Of a DNA stretch of 64,000 nt, positions 23,312 to 37,049 are shown piece after piece; positions within the stretch are counted from its first letter, which is position 1; each line of letters begins with the position of its first letter. A program made the translations under genes and the position numbers. The notes under the pieces were generated by a model that searched no databases, had not been told where the DNA came from, and saw only the letters and a program-made list of their open reading frames with translations. Origin of the DNA: Zootoca vivipara. Its lineage: Eukaryota. Location: NCBI RefSeq assembly GCF_963506605.1, contig NC_083277.1:47616001-47680000 (forward strand). The letters are read 5' to 3'.

Positions 23312-24984
23312 GCATCTCTGGGTTATTTGTGGGGCCTGCCTAGTGTTTTTACGTGAGTAGAATGTGTGCTTTTATTTAAAATGCATCTCTGGGTTATTTG
23401 TGGGGCATAGAAATTCATTCATTCCCCCCCCCCAAAAAAACCAGTCTCCCCCCCCCCCAAGGTCTGAGGGACGGTGGACTGGCCCCCTGCTGAAAAAGTT
23501 TGCTGACCCCTGCATGACTAAGCTCTGTGGAACGGACTTCTGTGTAAGCATGCATTGGATTGGACTACACTGCAAGAAAAAATGCAACAGGCCTGTTGGC
23601 TGTGGCTTGAGAGCCATTCTGATTTAGGCTTACCTAACAATTCTTGCTCCTAATATACCTCATGAGGCTCTGGTTTCTGGAAAAGGCTGTCTGACCCTGA
23701 ACAATAAGTTCTCAGGGTTCTTAGAGGCAAGCTACGTCTGTTTAAAGTGGTATGATACTTGTTTCAATGTATAGTGCAGGTGCCCTTTATGACCTTTTAA
23801 AAGCGCTTTTGTAGACTGGTAGTGGGGGCTTTCTGCATTACTATGTTTCAGTTACTGAGCTGGATTATTTTGTTCTAATGTTCTAATTGCTTATTGTTTT
23901 AAAGATAGCTCTAAATGTTACTATGTTTTTATGTAAACTGTCTTGAACCTGAAAAGGCAGAATACAAATATTATAAATAAATAAGAATATGCATTCTTAA
24001 CCACTGTTTCAGACTGCATTTATGTGAAACTATATCTAGATCGGAGCCTGCGAGTCTAGCCGTTAAATGGAGAAGGGATAAAGCATCTCGGATGACAGCT
24101 TTTAAAATAGGAGAGATCTCTCCAACGTGAAAGCTCGCCCTGCCCTGTCCTCTTCTACCAACACAGTCAGACTAATCAAAGGTATAGCCTGGGTCACATT
24201 TCCTATGTGTTTTTCACTGAGGCTATCCAGCCGACACTCCTGTCATCCTAATAATGATTTCACTTTTACCTAAAAACATATAATTCCAATTTCTTACTTT
24301 TAACACTGCCCACAGAGGAGCACAGTCATTATGGGAAAAACTTTGCATCTGTTTACAAATGTAAGAGAGTTGACAGTGTGGGAAACAATCTTTCACAGAG
24401 ATTAGTTGCAAGGCACTGTTTATTGGAAGAGATAACACAGCCCATAGAAATGGGGGCCTTAAAGAAAACACACTTGTACTTTGCCGTACAGCAGTAGAGC
24501 TGGTGTTTACACCAGTGAGCAAGATTCACTATAATTATAAATATTTACATATCCAGTGTTTACAGGCTTTGTGGGTGTCCGCTTCACTCATCGTTTTACC
24601 ACACTGTGATATTTATGAGCAGAGGTGTAATGAATCGTTCATTTTAGAAGTCATATTTTGGCTGCGTACACACTAACTCATTTGTATCCAAAAATGTAGT
24701 TTTCCTCAGTCTGGAATCATTTGTGCTTGTCCTCAGCATGCTGCTTTCAATCTAGATTCATCCACAAGGGTGAGTGTAGTTACTTGATAACACATTTGAA
24801 AACCTTCCCCTTGATGAGGTTATCCATGCCTTTTGCCTCCTGGCACATGTCACAAGTGAATTAAGAAGGAAGTGGTGATTGTAGTCTTGGTCTATGGCCA
24901 CCCACAATGTCATTGGGCAGGTGTGGACACCTCCCTGCCCCCCATTGCTGGGACCACCTACATCTGTTTTCAGATGAACACACA

Positions 24985-25060
24985 CATAGAATCATCGAGT
25001 TGGAAGGGACACCAAGGGTCATCTAATCCAGCCCCTTGCAATACAGGAATCACAACTAAG
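24985..25060 (-). mobile_element. CR1 LINE extreme 3' end
   Basis: catagaatcat.gagttggaaggga...ggtcatcta.tcca CR1 tail motif. Confidence 0.75.
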
Positions 25061-25197
25061 GGTATCGCAGAATCAATATGCAATGAGCTTTTATTTTCAG
25101 AATGAAACCAGTTTCTCAAGAAGTGCAAAAAATATGCAATAGATTTAGATTGTGTATGGACTACATAGAAAAAAACAAGTGCATGGTCTCCATTGAT

Positions 25198-26190
25198 CAT
25201 AGAATCATAGCATTATAGTTGGAAGGGATCCCAAGGGTCATCTGGTCCAACCCCCTGTAATGTAGGAATCTCAGCTAAAGCATACATGACAGGTGGCCAT
25301 CCAACCTCTGTCCCACTGTCAAACAGCTCTTACTGTCAGAAAATTATTCCAGATGTTTAGTTGGAATCTCCTTTCTTGTAACTTGTATGCCTTGGTTCGG
25401 GCCCTAGCCTCCAGAGCAGGAGAAAACAAGCTTGTTCTTTCCTCCATGTGAAAGCCCTTTAGATATTAGAACATGGCTATCATAGCTCCTCTCAGGGCCG
25501 TCTTAAGCGCTCCTGGCGCCGTGGTGTGACGGATCCCTCCGACGCCCCCCCCGCCCCGTTTCCCAGTGCGGTGGGTGGGCGCAGCGCGGCGCCGTGGCGG
25601 GTGGGCAAGCACAGCGCAGTTGTCAAACCGGCGGACCGGCCGGCCAGCGGGCGGGCGCAGCTCGCGGCGCCCTCCTGGCGGGCCGGCGCCGTGGTGCCCT
25701 GCGCCACCGGTGGTCTACCTAGAGCCAGCCCTGGCTCCTCTCAGTCTCCTCTTTTTGAGGCTAAACAATCCCGACTCCCTCATCTGTTTCTCATAAGGCT
25801 TGGTTTCCAGACTCTTGATCATCTTGAATTGCCCTTTCTAGCATGTCAGCATCCTTCTTAAATTGTAGTGCCCATAACTGGGCACAGTATTCCACGTGTG
25901 GTCTGACTAAGGCAGAATAGAGCTGTACTATTACTTCCCTTGATCTGGACACTATATTCTGTTGCTGCAGCCTAGAGTAGCATTAGCTTTTTTTGCTGCT
26001 ACATCACACTACTAAGATCTCTAGATCCTTTTCACATGTACTACTGGGAAGCCATGCATTTCCCCCTCTTATATTTGTGCAGCTGGTTCTTCCTTGCCCA
26101 AGCGTAGAACCATCTGTCCTATTTGAAATTCATTTTGGTTTGGACCCAGTTCTCCAATCTGTTACAGTCATCCTGATTCTCTCTTCTGTG
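25198..26190 (-). mobile_element. CR1 LINE 3' fragment with a nested MITE
   Basis: (catagaat)n tail; degraded RT C-terminal sequence (cagaccacacgtggaatactgtgcccag on - strand). Confidence 0.85.
25493..25733 (+). mobile_element. GC-rich hAT MITE (cagggccgtcttaag family), 241 bp
   Basis: Ends cagggccgtcttaag / ctagagccagccctg; perfect TSD gctcctct. Confidence 0.92.
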
Positions 26191-27302
26191 TGTATACAGC
26201 CTTTATCATTTTGATCCAGAAATCCATGTGGACCAATCCCTCTGCATGGCTGCATTCGTTGAAATTATTGAGAATGTATTCTGGATGAGGGAGCTATGTG
26301 CATAGGTCCCTGGCTCGGGATGACATATAACAGCAGAAGCTCAAGCAGCCTTTCTGTTTTTCCTCTTTGGCTTCTAAATGGGATTGCATTTGGCGGAAAA
26401 GAGATAATGTCAGCCAAAACATCTAAAGAAGGGTTTGCTTAACTCCCAAAGAATTAGGGCCAATTCTCACCATCTGCTTCTTCTTTTCTTCTGCTTGTGG
26501 TCATCTGAATCACTCACCACAAGCAGAATACACAAGGCTGGGTCACCCACTGGTGTGCTGTGCCTGTTCACATCTGGAAGGTTTGTGGTGGTGAGCAAAA
26601 TGCCTGGTTTTGCTTATGGTGAGTAGTTCAGATGACCTGTTTGCCAAGAGCATAGGTCACCATAAGAAAAGGAAATGATGGAGTAGGCCCAGAGGAACCC
26701 AAAGATCACAGAATCCATAGGAAATCAAAGACCACAGCCTTTCCTGTCAGTGGTGCTTTAAGATTTGGTGGAACTCTTTCTACCATGGGCTACTGATGAG
26801 TGTTGCTGGGTGAACAGAATTTGACCTTGCCCCTAAATTTGGCACTACCTGGCAGACTTATTTTGTTCATGGTCATTGATAAGGTGGAAAGACACACCTC
26901 CAGCTTTGTTTGCAACTCCTACCTCAGGTACCGTAGGAGAGACTACAACAGTGAGCTACTGCCCACTATAACTATCCAGGAGAACTATGTCTAAGATGAA
27001 TTACTAGCTGGCACCATCCTTATGAAAATGTATATGCACCTATTTTGTTCTGCTACCAGATGAATGTTAAAATGCTTTTCGAGGTATTCTGGTTTGATTT
27101 TGGAGTTCTTTCTGTGCCAGATTGGGTAGCAACGTAGCCTTATATCTGCATAATTGACCTCAGCATGCCACACAGATGCACCCAGACTTGCTCTGGTCTG
27201 CTGCAAGTCCTACATCCTGGTATCTCTCTGTTCATCTGATCACTGCTGCCCTGAACTAGTGATGATGAAAAAGCAACCTTGAATTGCTTTTAACAGCCTT
27301 GC

Positions 27303-27642
27303 CAGGGATGAGGAACCTCAGGTTCCGGGGGCCAAATGCAGCCCTCTTCCAGGCCTGTCCGGCCCTCAAAACTGTATGCCACACACACTCTTTCCAGGCC
27401 ACACCCATCCTTGCCCCTGCTTTGCACTCTGGATGTTTTTGACTAGCTGGAAAGTGCCCTTGAACTCTGAGCATGCCTTTTGCTTGCTTGGATGGAGAAC
27501 AGAAAGGGGCCTGTGAGTATGTCTAGAAGCTAGCCTACTGAACCAAGGTAAAATTTCCAATTATAAAATTTGCATGTGGCCTTGGAAGGTTGTCCAGAAG
27601 GGAATGTGACCCTTGGGGTTAAAAAAAAGACTCCCCACCCTG
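27303..27642. mobile_element. Degraded hAT MITE
   Basis: Ends cagggatgaggaacct / agactccccaccctg; related to 2947 and ~63575. Confidence 0.65.
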
Positions 27643-30575
27643 CTATATATCCTCCAAACTGTTTTCCTTCATTGTCCTTTCAGGCAGTTGATGGATGTGA
27701 AGCTCCAGCAACCTCACAGCCTCTGTGTCACCCCCATCTTCTAAAGATGCTATGATTAAGAGACTTGCAGCGTCCTTTATCTGCAACTTCATTCCTGCTG
27801 GTCTGGTAAAATAAACCCATTTCTAGCTTGCCTTTTAAGGTGTATACATTCCAAGGTGGTTTACATAAAATCAATGAAATACCATATGAAAATTCCAAGA
27901 TTTAAAAGAGAAGTAAAGAAAAATAACCACATTAAAAGTATAGCAACAAATCAAAATGTGTGCAAGTTCCAATACTCAGCATACATGGATTGCTCTCCTG
28001 CTGGAACTCTCTTTTCTCTCTTCCACCAGCAAATCCTAAAGTCTAGAGCTATTTCCTCTTCTACTGATCCTGATCTCTTTCTCTCTAGGCCTAGATGTAA
28101 AATGGAGGTTGTCAATGCTTTTGTTTTTCCCAGTGCCTTCACGTTGGTGCCCTCAGCAGCAGCATGCTGTCAAGGCCACAATTCCTGGCACTCGGGGACT
28201 TGGGATCCAGTTACATTTGCTGGTGTCATGCAGCCTCTGCAAGCCACTGTATTACATTGACAATCTAAAAATAAAAGAGTGGGAAAAGCACAAATTCCAA
28301 GAAAGCCAGCTTTTAAAATTGAGGGGGGCGAGTAGGGAGGAAAGAATTGCAGGAGGGATTGTGAAAGACATGCAGCAGCTCCAGAGAGAAAATCTGAATA
28401 CCTTGGATGGTATTTAAATTGAGGCTGTGGCTTTACTGCCTTTTTAGTTTGTACCAGCCATGTGATCTGCCTGAGCTTCTCCAACTAATCTGCATGGGGA
28501 GCTGGGAAAGGCAAATTGAGCTGTCAGTTTTGGGCCCTTCCTCCCATCCTCCTGCTTAGAGTCAACATCAGCTGCACCTTGTTTTCAAATCTGCCTATTC
28601 TCTTGAGCTAGTTTGTTAGATTTCAAAGCAAGTGAGATGCCGTCTTAAGAACCTGTTCCTATTAGTTCTCCATCAAGAGAAAATAGGCTCTCAAGACTGC
28701 TGTTGGTAAGTCTCAGTAGAGCAGTGATTTGTATAGTTTTGGGTTTTCTTTTCTGGGGTTGTGAAAAGCAAAATGTAAATTTTGTCTAGAAACACTACAT
28801 GTCAGGGGTTATTGCTGTGGATAATTAGCTCTGAATTAAACAAGTCTGAAAACTATGTAGCAATGTTTGTGCAACACATTATGTGACCATTGTGCAATGT
28901 ATTAGGTTTTAGTCTCTTTGGGGGTGGAGGGAAATCAGTATATTTAATTTTGGTGGAATGCACATTTTCACCCAGTGTGATCCTTATGCTATCATAACTA
29001 CCAGGATTTGGGTGCGTTATTTATTTGAGCCATTTCTTTTCTCACCGTCCTGCTCCCCTAACCAGGGCTTCAATCAACTTCTTCTGAGAGGCTCAACTGC
29101 TGAGTTGTTCCTCTGGAGGAGGAATCTTTTTCATGCATGATAATTAGATTGGCTTTTACATTTCATGCATCGCTAATAATTAGAGCATAACATTTACATT
29201 TGCAGGAATGTACATGAAGAAGGAAGGGAAAGCTTTCTTCAGCTTTTTATAGCTTTGTTCTTACAACTTACTATGTCAAACATTATAGGTCACCAGTGTC
29301 ACTTGAGATCACTTGATGCAAACCAATTGTCTTTTATCAACAGAATTGAATTTGAACTTATGTGATTAGCCCTGGCATTTATGAAGTTTGTCTGACCATG
29401 TGCAGAGCTCATTCTTTTCATCAGCAGAGACCTTTTCTATGCAAAGTGTGTGCTCTACCACTAAGCTATGGCTCTCCCCATAATGCAGGCAGTTCATAAT
29501 GGAGATTAAAAAGTCTGGTGAATACTCTGGAATCTTCGCAGCCATCTGTCCTCAGAGTGATTTTCTCCCAACTAGTCTAGCATCAGAACTGAAATCTCTT
29601 TGGGGGAGCCTTTCTGCAGAGTGATAGATAAGCCATAGGTGGCAATAACGTGTGTGTGGATAACACATGGATCTGCCACCATTACATTTAGTATGGACCT
29701 CCATGTAAAGCAGCCTTTACATGTTCAGTTCTCATTGCAGAAGGCTCCTCCTCGATAAACCATCACGATCGTTATTGTTGTTGCTTTATATTGGCTGGAA
29801 ATCGTAATCCTGAAATCAGTACTCCAGGTTATTTCTCCATCATTATGGTTTGTGTAGCATGGGAGCGAGGGTATCGATTTTTCACCTGAGTGCATATATC
29901 TTGTGCATGGGATTGACACAGGCATGTTAACAGGGTGGTGGAGTTAGATTAATTTCTTACCTTGATTGCATTGCTAGCATAGCAATGTAAGTAGGTCTGT
30001 GCTAGTATGAAACACCCTGGGCACCTCTCATATTATAAGCAATTCATTCCACTGTTTATACTGGAGCCAGGCACATGTACAGTCTTTGGTAGCCTAAATT
30101 AAGACCCACTTCACAAAGGTAAAAATTGCATTAATTGCCTCTCCCACTTTTGCCCTTGTTCCCACCCACTACTGGCCCTTGGAAAGTTGCCCAGATATTA
30201 AAGTTGTCCTCAGGCTGGAAAATGTTCCCCAACCTTGCTTTAGAGGATTTCCCTAATTTATGAAATAGAAATGTATCAATGGGTATTATGCATGATAGTT
30301 AAATGAAACCTCCACTTTCAGAGATAGTTTATATCTAAGATCCAGATGCAAGGGATTTGTCAAAAGCACCTGCTGGATTCTGTTGAAAGGTAATAGAAAA
30401 AGCAAAAAGCAAAGGTAAAGTAGGATTCTGTTGAAAATGCAATGCTGGACTACATGGATCTTTGTTTTGATGGTCTCAAGATGATAAACGAAAATTAATT
30501 TCAGTGAAGGTTAGTTGTCAGTAAATTAACTGTTCATCTAGGTAGGTGCCAAGGGATGTGAATCACACCCTAGCG

Positions 30576-30712
30576 CAGGCCTACCCAGCATGTTGACCTC
30601 CAGATGTTGTCAGACTCCAACTTCCATCAGCCCCAGCCAGCATAACCAGTGATTCGGGCTGATGGGAGCTGGAGTCCAGCAGCGTCTAGAGTGCCCCAAG
30701 TTGACTATCCTG
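30576..30712. mobile_element. Short palindromic hAT MITE (abundant family; other copies ~6691, 18514, 44922, 46348, 52925, 55353, 58494)
   Basis: ctccagatgttg..gact.caact.ccatc...gatgggag.tg.agtcc inverted-repeat core. Confidence 0.75.
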
Positions 30713-32933
30713 TACTTGGACTATAATCCTAACCATATTCACTGAATGTCCACTGACATCAGCAGGCTGATGAGCCCAGTCTGGCCCAGCACACGTCCCA
30801 CTTAGGCTTGTGAGGCAGTTTTCCTCAAACCATGCCCACCTGACACCATAGAGATAAAACTGGATTTGCTGCACATGGGCTGGTGAGAGGTGACTTCAAG
30901 CCTTCATCTGATGTCAAAATGATGTGAGGTGACTGACAGGTGGATTGTCAAAGTTGGCCCTCAGGGGTGGGAACAGATACGGATATAGCCCACTGAGCAA
31001 AAAAAAAAAGTTCCCCAGTCTTGGTGGAGGAGATAACTCAGGCTCAGGCTCTGCATGGAAACTAAATTACATTAAGTTGCCCGGTATGTAATTTCTCATC
31101 TTATGTTTACTGTTCATTGAGCCCAATAAGTCATTATTGAAGTACTGCATTAAAATCCATCAAGTACCTCTTAAGCCTCTACAGCTACATTTTAAAATTG
31201 ATGAGATCTTTTCTTGCAGCCATTCCAGGAGCTTAAGTGGTTAGAGAAATACTGATTTACAGTGTCAGTACATTAATGGGCAGGCAACCTTATATGTCTG
31301 TATTCTCTTATGACCTGAATAGCCTTGTTTAACCTAAATCTGAAGCCTAGTTACAGCCCTCCGGTAGTCATTTTAGGTGATGTCAACTCCCCAATCTAGT
31401 CCACAGTGGTAGGTTAGGAATTCTTTGGGTGTATCGGCCACTTCATCTAGCTTTGGACATGTGAGAGGAAAAATTACAGGTTAGTTAAGGTATTCAAAAA
31501 GGAAAGAAATGCAGCATAATTGGATCAGGTCATTATGATCAGTCGCACTGAAACCAGCTGAACAGCATTCTGGGAAGTTTGGCTCTGTTGCAAATTCCAG
31601 GAGAAGAAACAGGAGGGGCAGTGAGAGCTGTAAACGTGTTCTGCGCAGAGCTTTGGTTTTGAAATGAAAGAAACATTTTTTAAAGATTTGACTGAGGCAG
31701 CAGATGTTTAGTTGCTACTGCATCTGGGGAAAGCAAAACACAGTTTAGCCTTTTCTCGCTTGAGTCAGCATAATAAATCCAAGTTGCATTGGAAAAAAAC
31801 AGCTACAAAGTTGGTACATTTAAGAGGAATGGTACGTTTAGAGGTGGATCTAGAGTACTGTACTTGTAGTGGCAAGGTATTTGCAGCCACTACAGGTTTT
31901 ATGGAATGTGAGTGTGGTTTTTCTGAGCTGTGGTACGTGCAGGTCTGTCTCACTGTCTTGTCTCCTCCTTACGTGGCAGATTGTCTCCTTTGTGCAGTTA
32001 ATTAGTACTGCAGTGGAAACAAAACATTATGGCTAACCTATATTCCAGGTTTTTAACATTATGTATTGTCCAGGTAGCTTGCAATAAACACTTTAAAAAC
32101 AACAGCAACACTGCCCAACAGTATAACAAGGCACAAACCAACATTACAAATAAGTTTTAAAAATCGCTAAAAGAGTGAGACACAATTTTGCTTGCATACC
32201 AAATGTGTGTGGTCTGGCATGAAGACAAAGTGATGGGAAAAGCTTCACTAGTTGAATGTCTGTGGCTGTTTATGCACTCCTGTGTGCCCCACCACTGGCT
32301 TGTGAAGCAGTATATACATGACTTGACCACAATCTATATCTGTCTTTTATATGTCCTGTTGTTTCTTATGAAATACTGTGTTTTCATGCATTTTCCCCAA
32401 ACCAGCTTCAATCAAAATTTTAAATAAAAAACAACCAAGCTGCATTGTAAGCTAGTAATGTGTGCACAGCCTCTGTCTTAGGCTGTTGTTAAAACCATAC
32501 GAGAAGGTACAAAAAGAAGTCAGTGACCCTGTTTTAAAGGTTTAAGGCTGCATACAATCCTATAGCCACTGAACCTGGGTGCTGGCCTCCTTGAGCTCCG
32601 TGGGACCTACTTACATGTAAACAACCACAGGATTATGCTTAAATGAAATTTAAAAACTCTGCCCATCACTTACTGTGCAAATTAGGTGCAATCATTAGCA
32701 TATCTAATTTTAGAATTGGAAGGTATCCCACCATCGTTCAAGTTCTCAGCCTTATTCTTAAGGCAAGACTCTTTGCACTTCGTAAACTTTTGAGGCACAG
32801 GTATAGACTTTTGCAAGTACTGTAAGTTAAATAAGTACCCCCCTCAAATCAAATATACCAGCATTCTCAACAGCCTCCTACTTCACACAGTCAAGAGGAG
32901 AAGTGTTATATCATCTGCTAATGTCTGTAGTAA

Positions 32934-33276
32934 GGGACGCAGGCGGCACTGTGGGTTAAACCACAGAGCCTAGGGCTTGCCGATCAGAAGGTCGACAGTT
33001 CGAATCCCCGTGATGGAGTGAGCTCCCGTTGCTCGGTCCCAGCTCCTGCCCACCTAGCAGTTCGAAAGCACGTCAAAGTGCAAGTAGATAAATAGGTACT
33101 GCTCTGGCTGGAAGGTAAACGGCATTCCCGTGCACTGCTCTGGTTTGCCAGAAGCGGCTTAGTCATGCTGGCCACATGACCTGGAAGCTGTACGCCGGCT
33201 CCCTCGGCCAATAAAGCGAGATGAGCGCCGCAACCCCAGAGTCATCCGCGACTGGACCTAATGGTTTCTTTACCTT
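32934..33276 (+). mobile_element. Sauria SINE, full-length
   Basis: gggacgc start, B box gttcgaatcc, acctt tail; 14-bp TSD taatgtctgtagta (32919-32932, 33277-33290). Confidence 0.96.
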
Positions 33277-33855
33277 TAATGTCTGTAGTAGATCAAGTCA
33301 CAATGGCAGTTGCACAACTGGCAACCCTACCACAGCCCCAGTTTTTGCACCATCCCACCTCACCCTGCCCCATATTGCTGATTTCATGTTCCCTTCAATT
33401 GTACCTTGTTAATTGCTCATTGCTCTGTGGGTGTAAGGGTAGTGCAATCATGATTATAAATAAATAGGTGACTGCATTCTAGCACTAGGAGCAGGGAGCA
33501 TGTAGTAGCATAAACTTCTGCTTTTGAAAAGATTCATGAAGTCAGTTGCTGGATCTGAACAAAGCATCCTTGATGGTGATTGTCAAGGGAACTATCTCTC
33601 AATTCCCCACCATTGGGTACACAGCTATATGTTCAGTTATTCAACAAAATCCTTTTCTTATTTTTTTTGTACAGACCCAGTAAGGGCTAAACCACTCCTA
33701 AATGTGTCTCAATTTCCAGAAGGACAACTGTGTTAGTGTTGCAGCAAAAACAACAAAAAGAGTCTTGTAGCACCTTGTAGCAAATGTAAACATGTTTTCA
33801 CGAAACGTATAATTTGGGCCGGAGAAAGAGGAGGAAAGGGAATGCAGTAAGGAGA

Positions 33856-34305
33856 GGCCTTGTTTGCATGGCACATTAAACTACTGTATAGTTAAAAACA
33901 AGCAATGGTTTGGTGTGAATGTGTAACATTCTGATGCATGTTCCTGAAAAGTTCTCCCGGTGCTCCCCCCCCCCCCAGCTTTTACTGCTGCTGCACTACC
34001 AGGGAGCAAGCCAGAGTCTGACTTGTCATGTTGACAACCAAACCTGTGCTTGTGGTTTATTTCTCTCTAAACAAACCTTGAGTAATAAGCTAAGAACAAA
34101 CCTTGGTTATTGCTCAAGGTCTTTTGGGGGAGAGAAACAAACCACATGCCTAGGTTTGGAAATCAAGTCAAGCCATGCTTGTTTCTTGGGCAGAAGCAGG
34201 GGAGGGAGCAGAGTGAGAACTTTTCAGCAGCATGCAGAAGCAGGCTGTATGTTCACACGAAACCATGTTTTTACCTGTGGTTTAATGTGCCATGTGAATA
34301 AGGCC
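33856..34305. mobile_element. MITE with ~26-bp TIRs (PIF/Harbinger-like)
   Basis: ggccttgtttgcatggcacattaaac / gtttaatgtgccatgtgaataaggcc; related aaccatggtt-rich element at ~47767-48140. Confidence 0.7.
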
Positions 34306-35261
34306 TTTGCTTATTCCACTCACTTTCCTCTGCTTTCTCAGGTCCAGGTTATGTGTTGCATACAAACATGTTTACATTTGTCTGTCTTCTGTTAATCTAC
34401 CAATGGTTTAGTGTGCTGATTCAACTGGGTCAGAGTTGGGTCAAGAAAGGGCAAGGGTCAAACTAGAAGAGAGGGTGAGAGCTCTGTGATGTGGTCTTCT
34501 GCACATCACAAATAGTTGGGGGTGGGTGGAATATTGGGTATTGTCCTCTGTTCCCTTTCACCAATCTAAATCCATTTCCTTCCTATCCTGAAGATACTGT
34601 TTCCCCTGTAGAGCAGGTAGCACCTTCAGGGACCAATAATGGAAAGGCCTTCACATGGCATCAGAACCAAGACCCAGTTTGGGCTTTGTTTTTTCAATGC
34701 AGGAAATCCAGTCACGGATCTCCTGCCTTGGACCCTGCTGCCGATTTTAACCCTTCTTCCAAACATTGCATAAAGAGATGAGATGATAATGGTCAAAGAA
34801 AAGGCTTTGCAGAAGAAGTAGGTTTTAAAACAAGGAGAAGAAGCTAAGTTCCTGTGACTGCCTAGGGAGAAGCATGGCAGAAGGTGTGAATAAGCCAGCC
34901 AGTGGAGGAGAAATCAGAAAAGGGCTGACACAGAGAGATGAGTAGGAGCAAACTATAGAAAAATAGGAGGAAAGCTTTTATACAGTACTAAAGGTAAAGC
35001 CATGTGATGATGACAGATGTGGGCCTGCCCCTATCACATGTAACGAAGGGTGTGGTAGAGTGTGATTTAAACCAGAAAAGGTGTGTGTGTTTTGCTGAAC
35101 CTCCTCCCACCCCCCTCCATGCAGTCTATTCCCCTTCTGTAAGCTTTCTCAAAGCTGGGCTCCGGAGGTGAGCCTGGTTGAAAGAAAAACAAGGAATGGT
35201 TAGTACTTCCCATAACCTGTGCAGTCCTTTTGCACTTTAAATGGACAGGTGTGTGGCCACC

Positions 35262-35356
35262 TGTCATGGATGCTTTAGTTGAGATTCCTGCATTGCAGGG
35301 GTTGGACTAGATGTCCCTCCAGTCCCTGCTATCTCTACAGTACTATGATTCTATGA
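35262..35356 (+). mobile_element. CR1 3' end
   Basis: ggggttggactagatg...tatgattctatga tail. Confidence 0.75.
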
Positions 35357-35544
35357 AATCACTCTTCACTCTTTCCTGCTTTGTGTGTGAATGGAGCAGA
35401 ACCATATTTGAGTTCATGGACCTACTGCTGTCCTGTGTGCTCAGGTGCACTTTTATCAAAGACCCAAGCAACATTCACACCATACATTTAAAACACTATG
35501 ATTTAAAACACCATACATTTAAAACACTACTTTAAACAGTCATA

Positions 35545-35905
35545 GTAAGAGCCGTTTGACAGTGGAACAGACTCCCAAGAGAGGGGATGGACTATCCTTC
35601 CTAGCAGAGGTTGGATGGCCATCTGGCATGTATGATATAGCTGAGATTCCAGCAGTAAAGGGAGTTGGACTAGGTCAGGGATGTCCAACTCCCAATAGGC
35701 TGCGATCTACTCACAGTATAAAAAAATGGCAGTGATCTACCCATTGTTGTTGGATGGACCAAAGTTATTGGCCTTTTTTAGGAAGCCAGAGTTGTTGAGC
35801 TTTTTTTTTTTGGAAAGGCAAAGTTGAGGGACCAGAGATCTACCAGGAATACCCAGCGATCTACCTGTTGGACATGCCTGGACTAGATGACTGTCTTTGA
35901 GGTTT
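35545..35905 (+). mobile_element. CR1 3' fragment interrupted by a hAT MITE
   Basis: cagtggaacagactcccaagagagg...ggagttggactag motifs. Confidence 0.7.
35676..35880. mobile_element. hAT MITE
   Basis: TIRs cagggatgtccaac / gttggacatgcctg; TSD gactaggt / gactagat; repeated gatctac subterminal motifs. Confidence 0.88.
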
Positions 35906-36097
35906 TTCTCTTCTTCATTTGTTTTTGCCGGTATAAAACTTGCAATGCTTGAGGGTAATGGCAAACAAGACAATTATTTTTAGACACAATGTGAAATGTG
36001 CTCATTGAGCGAATGGCAATTCTGTTATCATTTATCTCCTTCAGAAATAGTGATTAGTCATATACAGACTGCAGGTATCAAAATTTGTTTACACTTG

Positions 36098-36257
36098 AAG
36101 GGGACGACAGAGGATGAGATGGTTGGACAGTGTTCTCGAAGCCACGAACATGAGTTTGACCAAACTGCGGGAGGCAGTGTAAGACAGGAGTGCCTGGTGT
36201 GCTCTGGTCCATGGGGTCACGAAGAGTCGGACACGACTGAACGACTAAACAACAACA
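36098..36257 (+). mobile_element. Short 3' fragment of BovB
   Basis: Matches 41261-41420; (CAA)n tail. Confidence 0.93.
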
Positions 36258-37049
36258 TGCATTTAATGTAAAGTTAGAGGTCATTATATCTGGGGAGAAC
36301 CCCTCCTTCAATTACTGTCCCTTTGCCTCCACATGCATATTATTGATGCATCTTTACTCACAAGTAAGTCCCACAGAATTCAAATAAATGTGTGTAGGAT
36401 TAGAAGCCTAATCTGATCAGCAAACATTTTGTTTGTTTGCTTTTAGCAAATCAATATCCGTTCAGAAAGAAATATTTTGCCTGCACAAAAACCCTTGGAA
36501 ATGAATTATTGTCCATTGGTTATAGCTTCTTGCCACTCCTGCTTTCTTAGAGATGGGAAGAAATGCAAGAACCTGCTGGATCAAGCCAAAGGCTTATCTA
36601 GTCCAGCATCCTGTTCTTGGAGTGGCTGTGGGAAGCAGTTTCCTTTACGCTAAAGTTGCTCCATCACCTTGGTCACTTGCATTGCCCTTGCCTGAACTCT
36701 GCAATAGCCTTTTTGAGGTGAGGTGACTAAAACTGTACACAGAACTCCCAGGTTCTCTTGCATCACAGAGTTATGTAACGGTATTGTGATATCAACAGTT
36801 TTATATTAAATCCCTTTGCTAATCATCCCTTGCATGGAATTTGTCTTTTTCACACTGGGTCAACATCTTCACTGAGCTATTCACTATGATGTTAACTGCA
36901 GCCCTGCAGCCCATATGCACAATTACCTGAGAATAAGCCTCATTCATGGATCAATGCCTTGTCGTGGCGAAGGGGCTTGAATAACTCAGAGAAGCTATGA
37001 GCTATGCCATGCAGGGCCACCCAAGATGGACAGGTCATAGTGGAGAGTT

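Larger units (their letters stand above)
22037..23512 (-). mobile_element. OC1-like hAT MITE split by a Helitron
   Basis: Collinear with 1589-1910 once 22160-23310 is removed; the 8-bp flanks do not match each other. Confidence 0.88.

Noticed and set aside
30767-30800. CTGATGAG hammerhead-like core
   Set aside because: No downstream stem II plus GAAA in the required arrangement.
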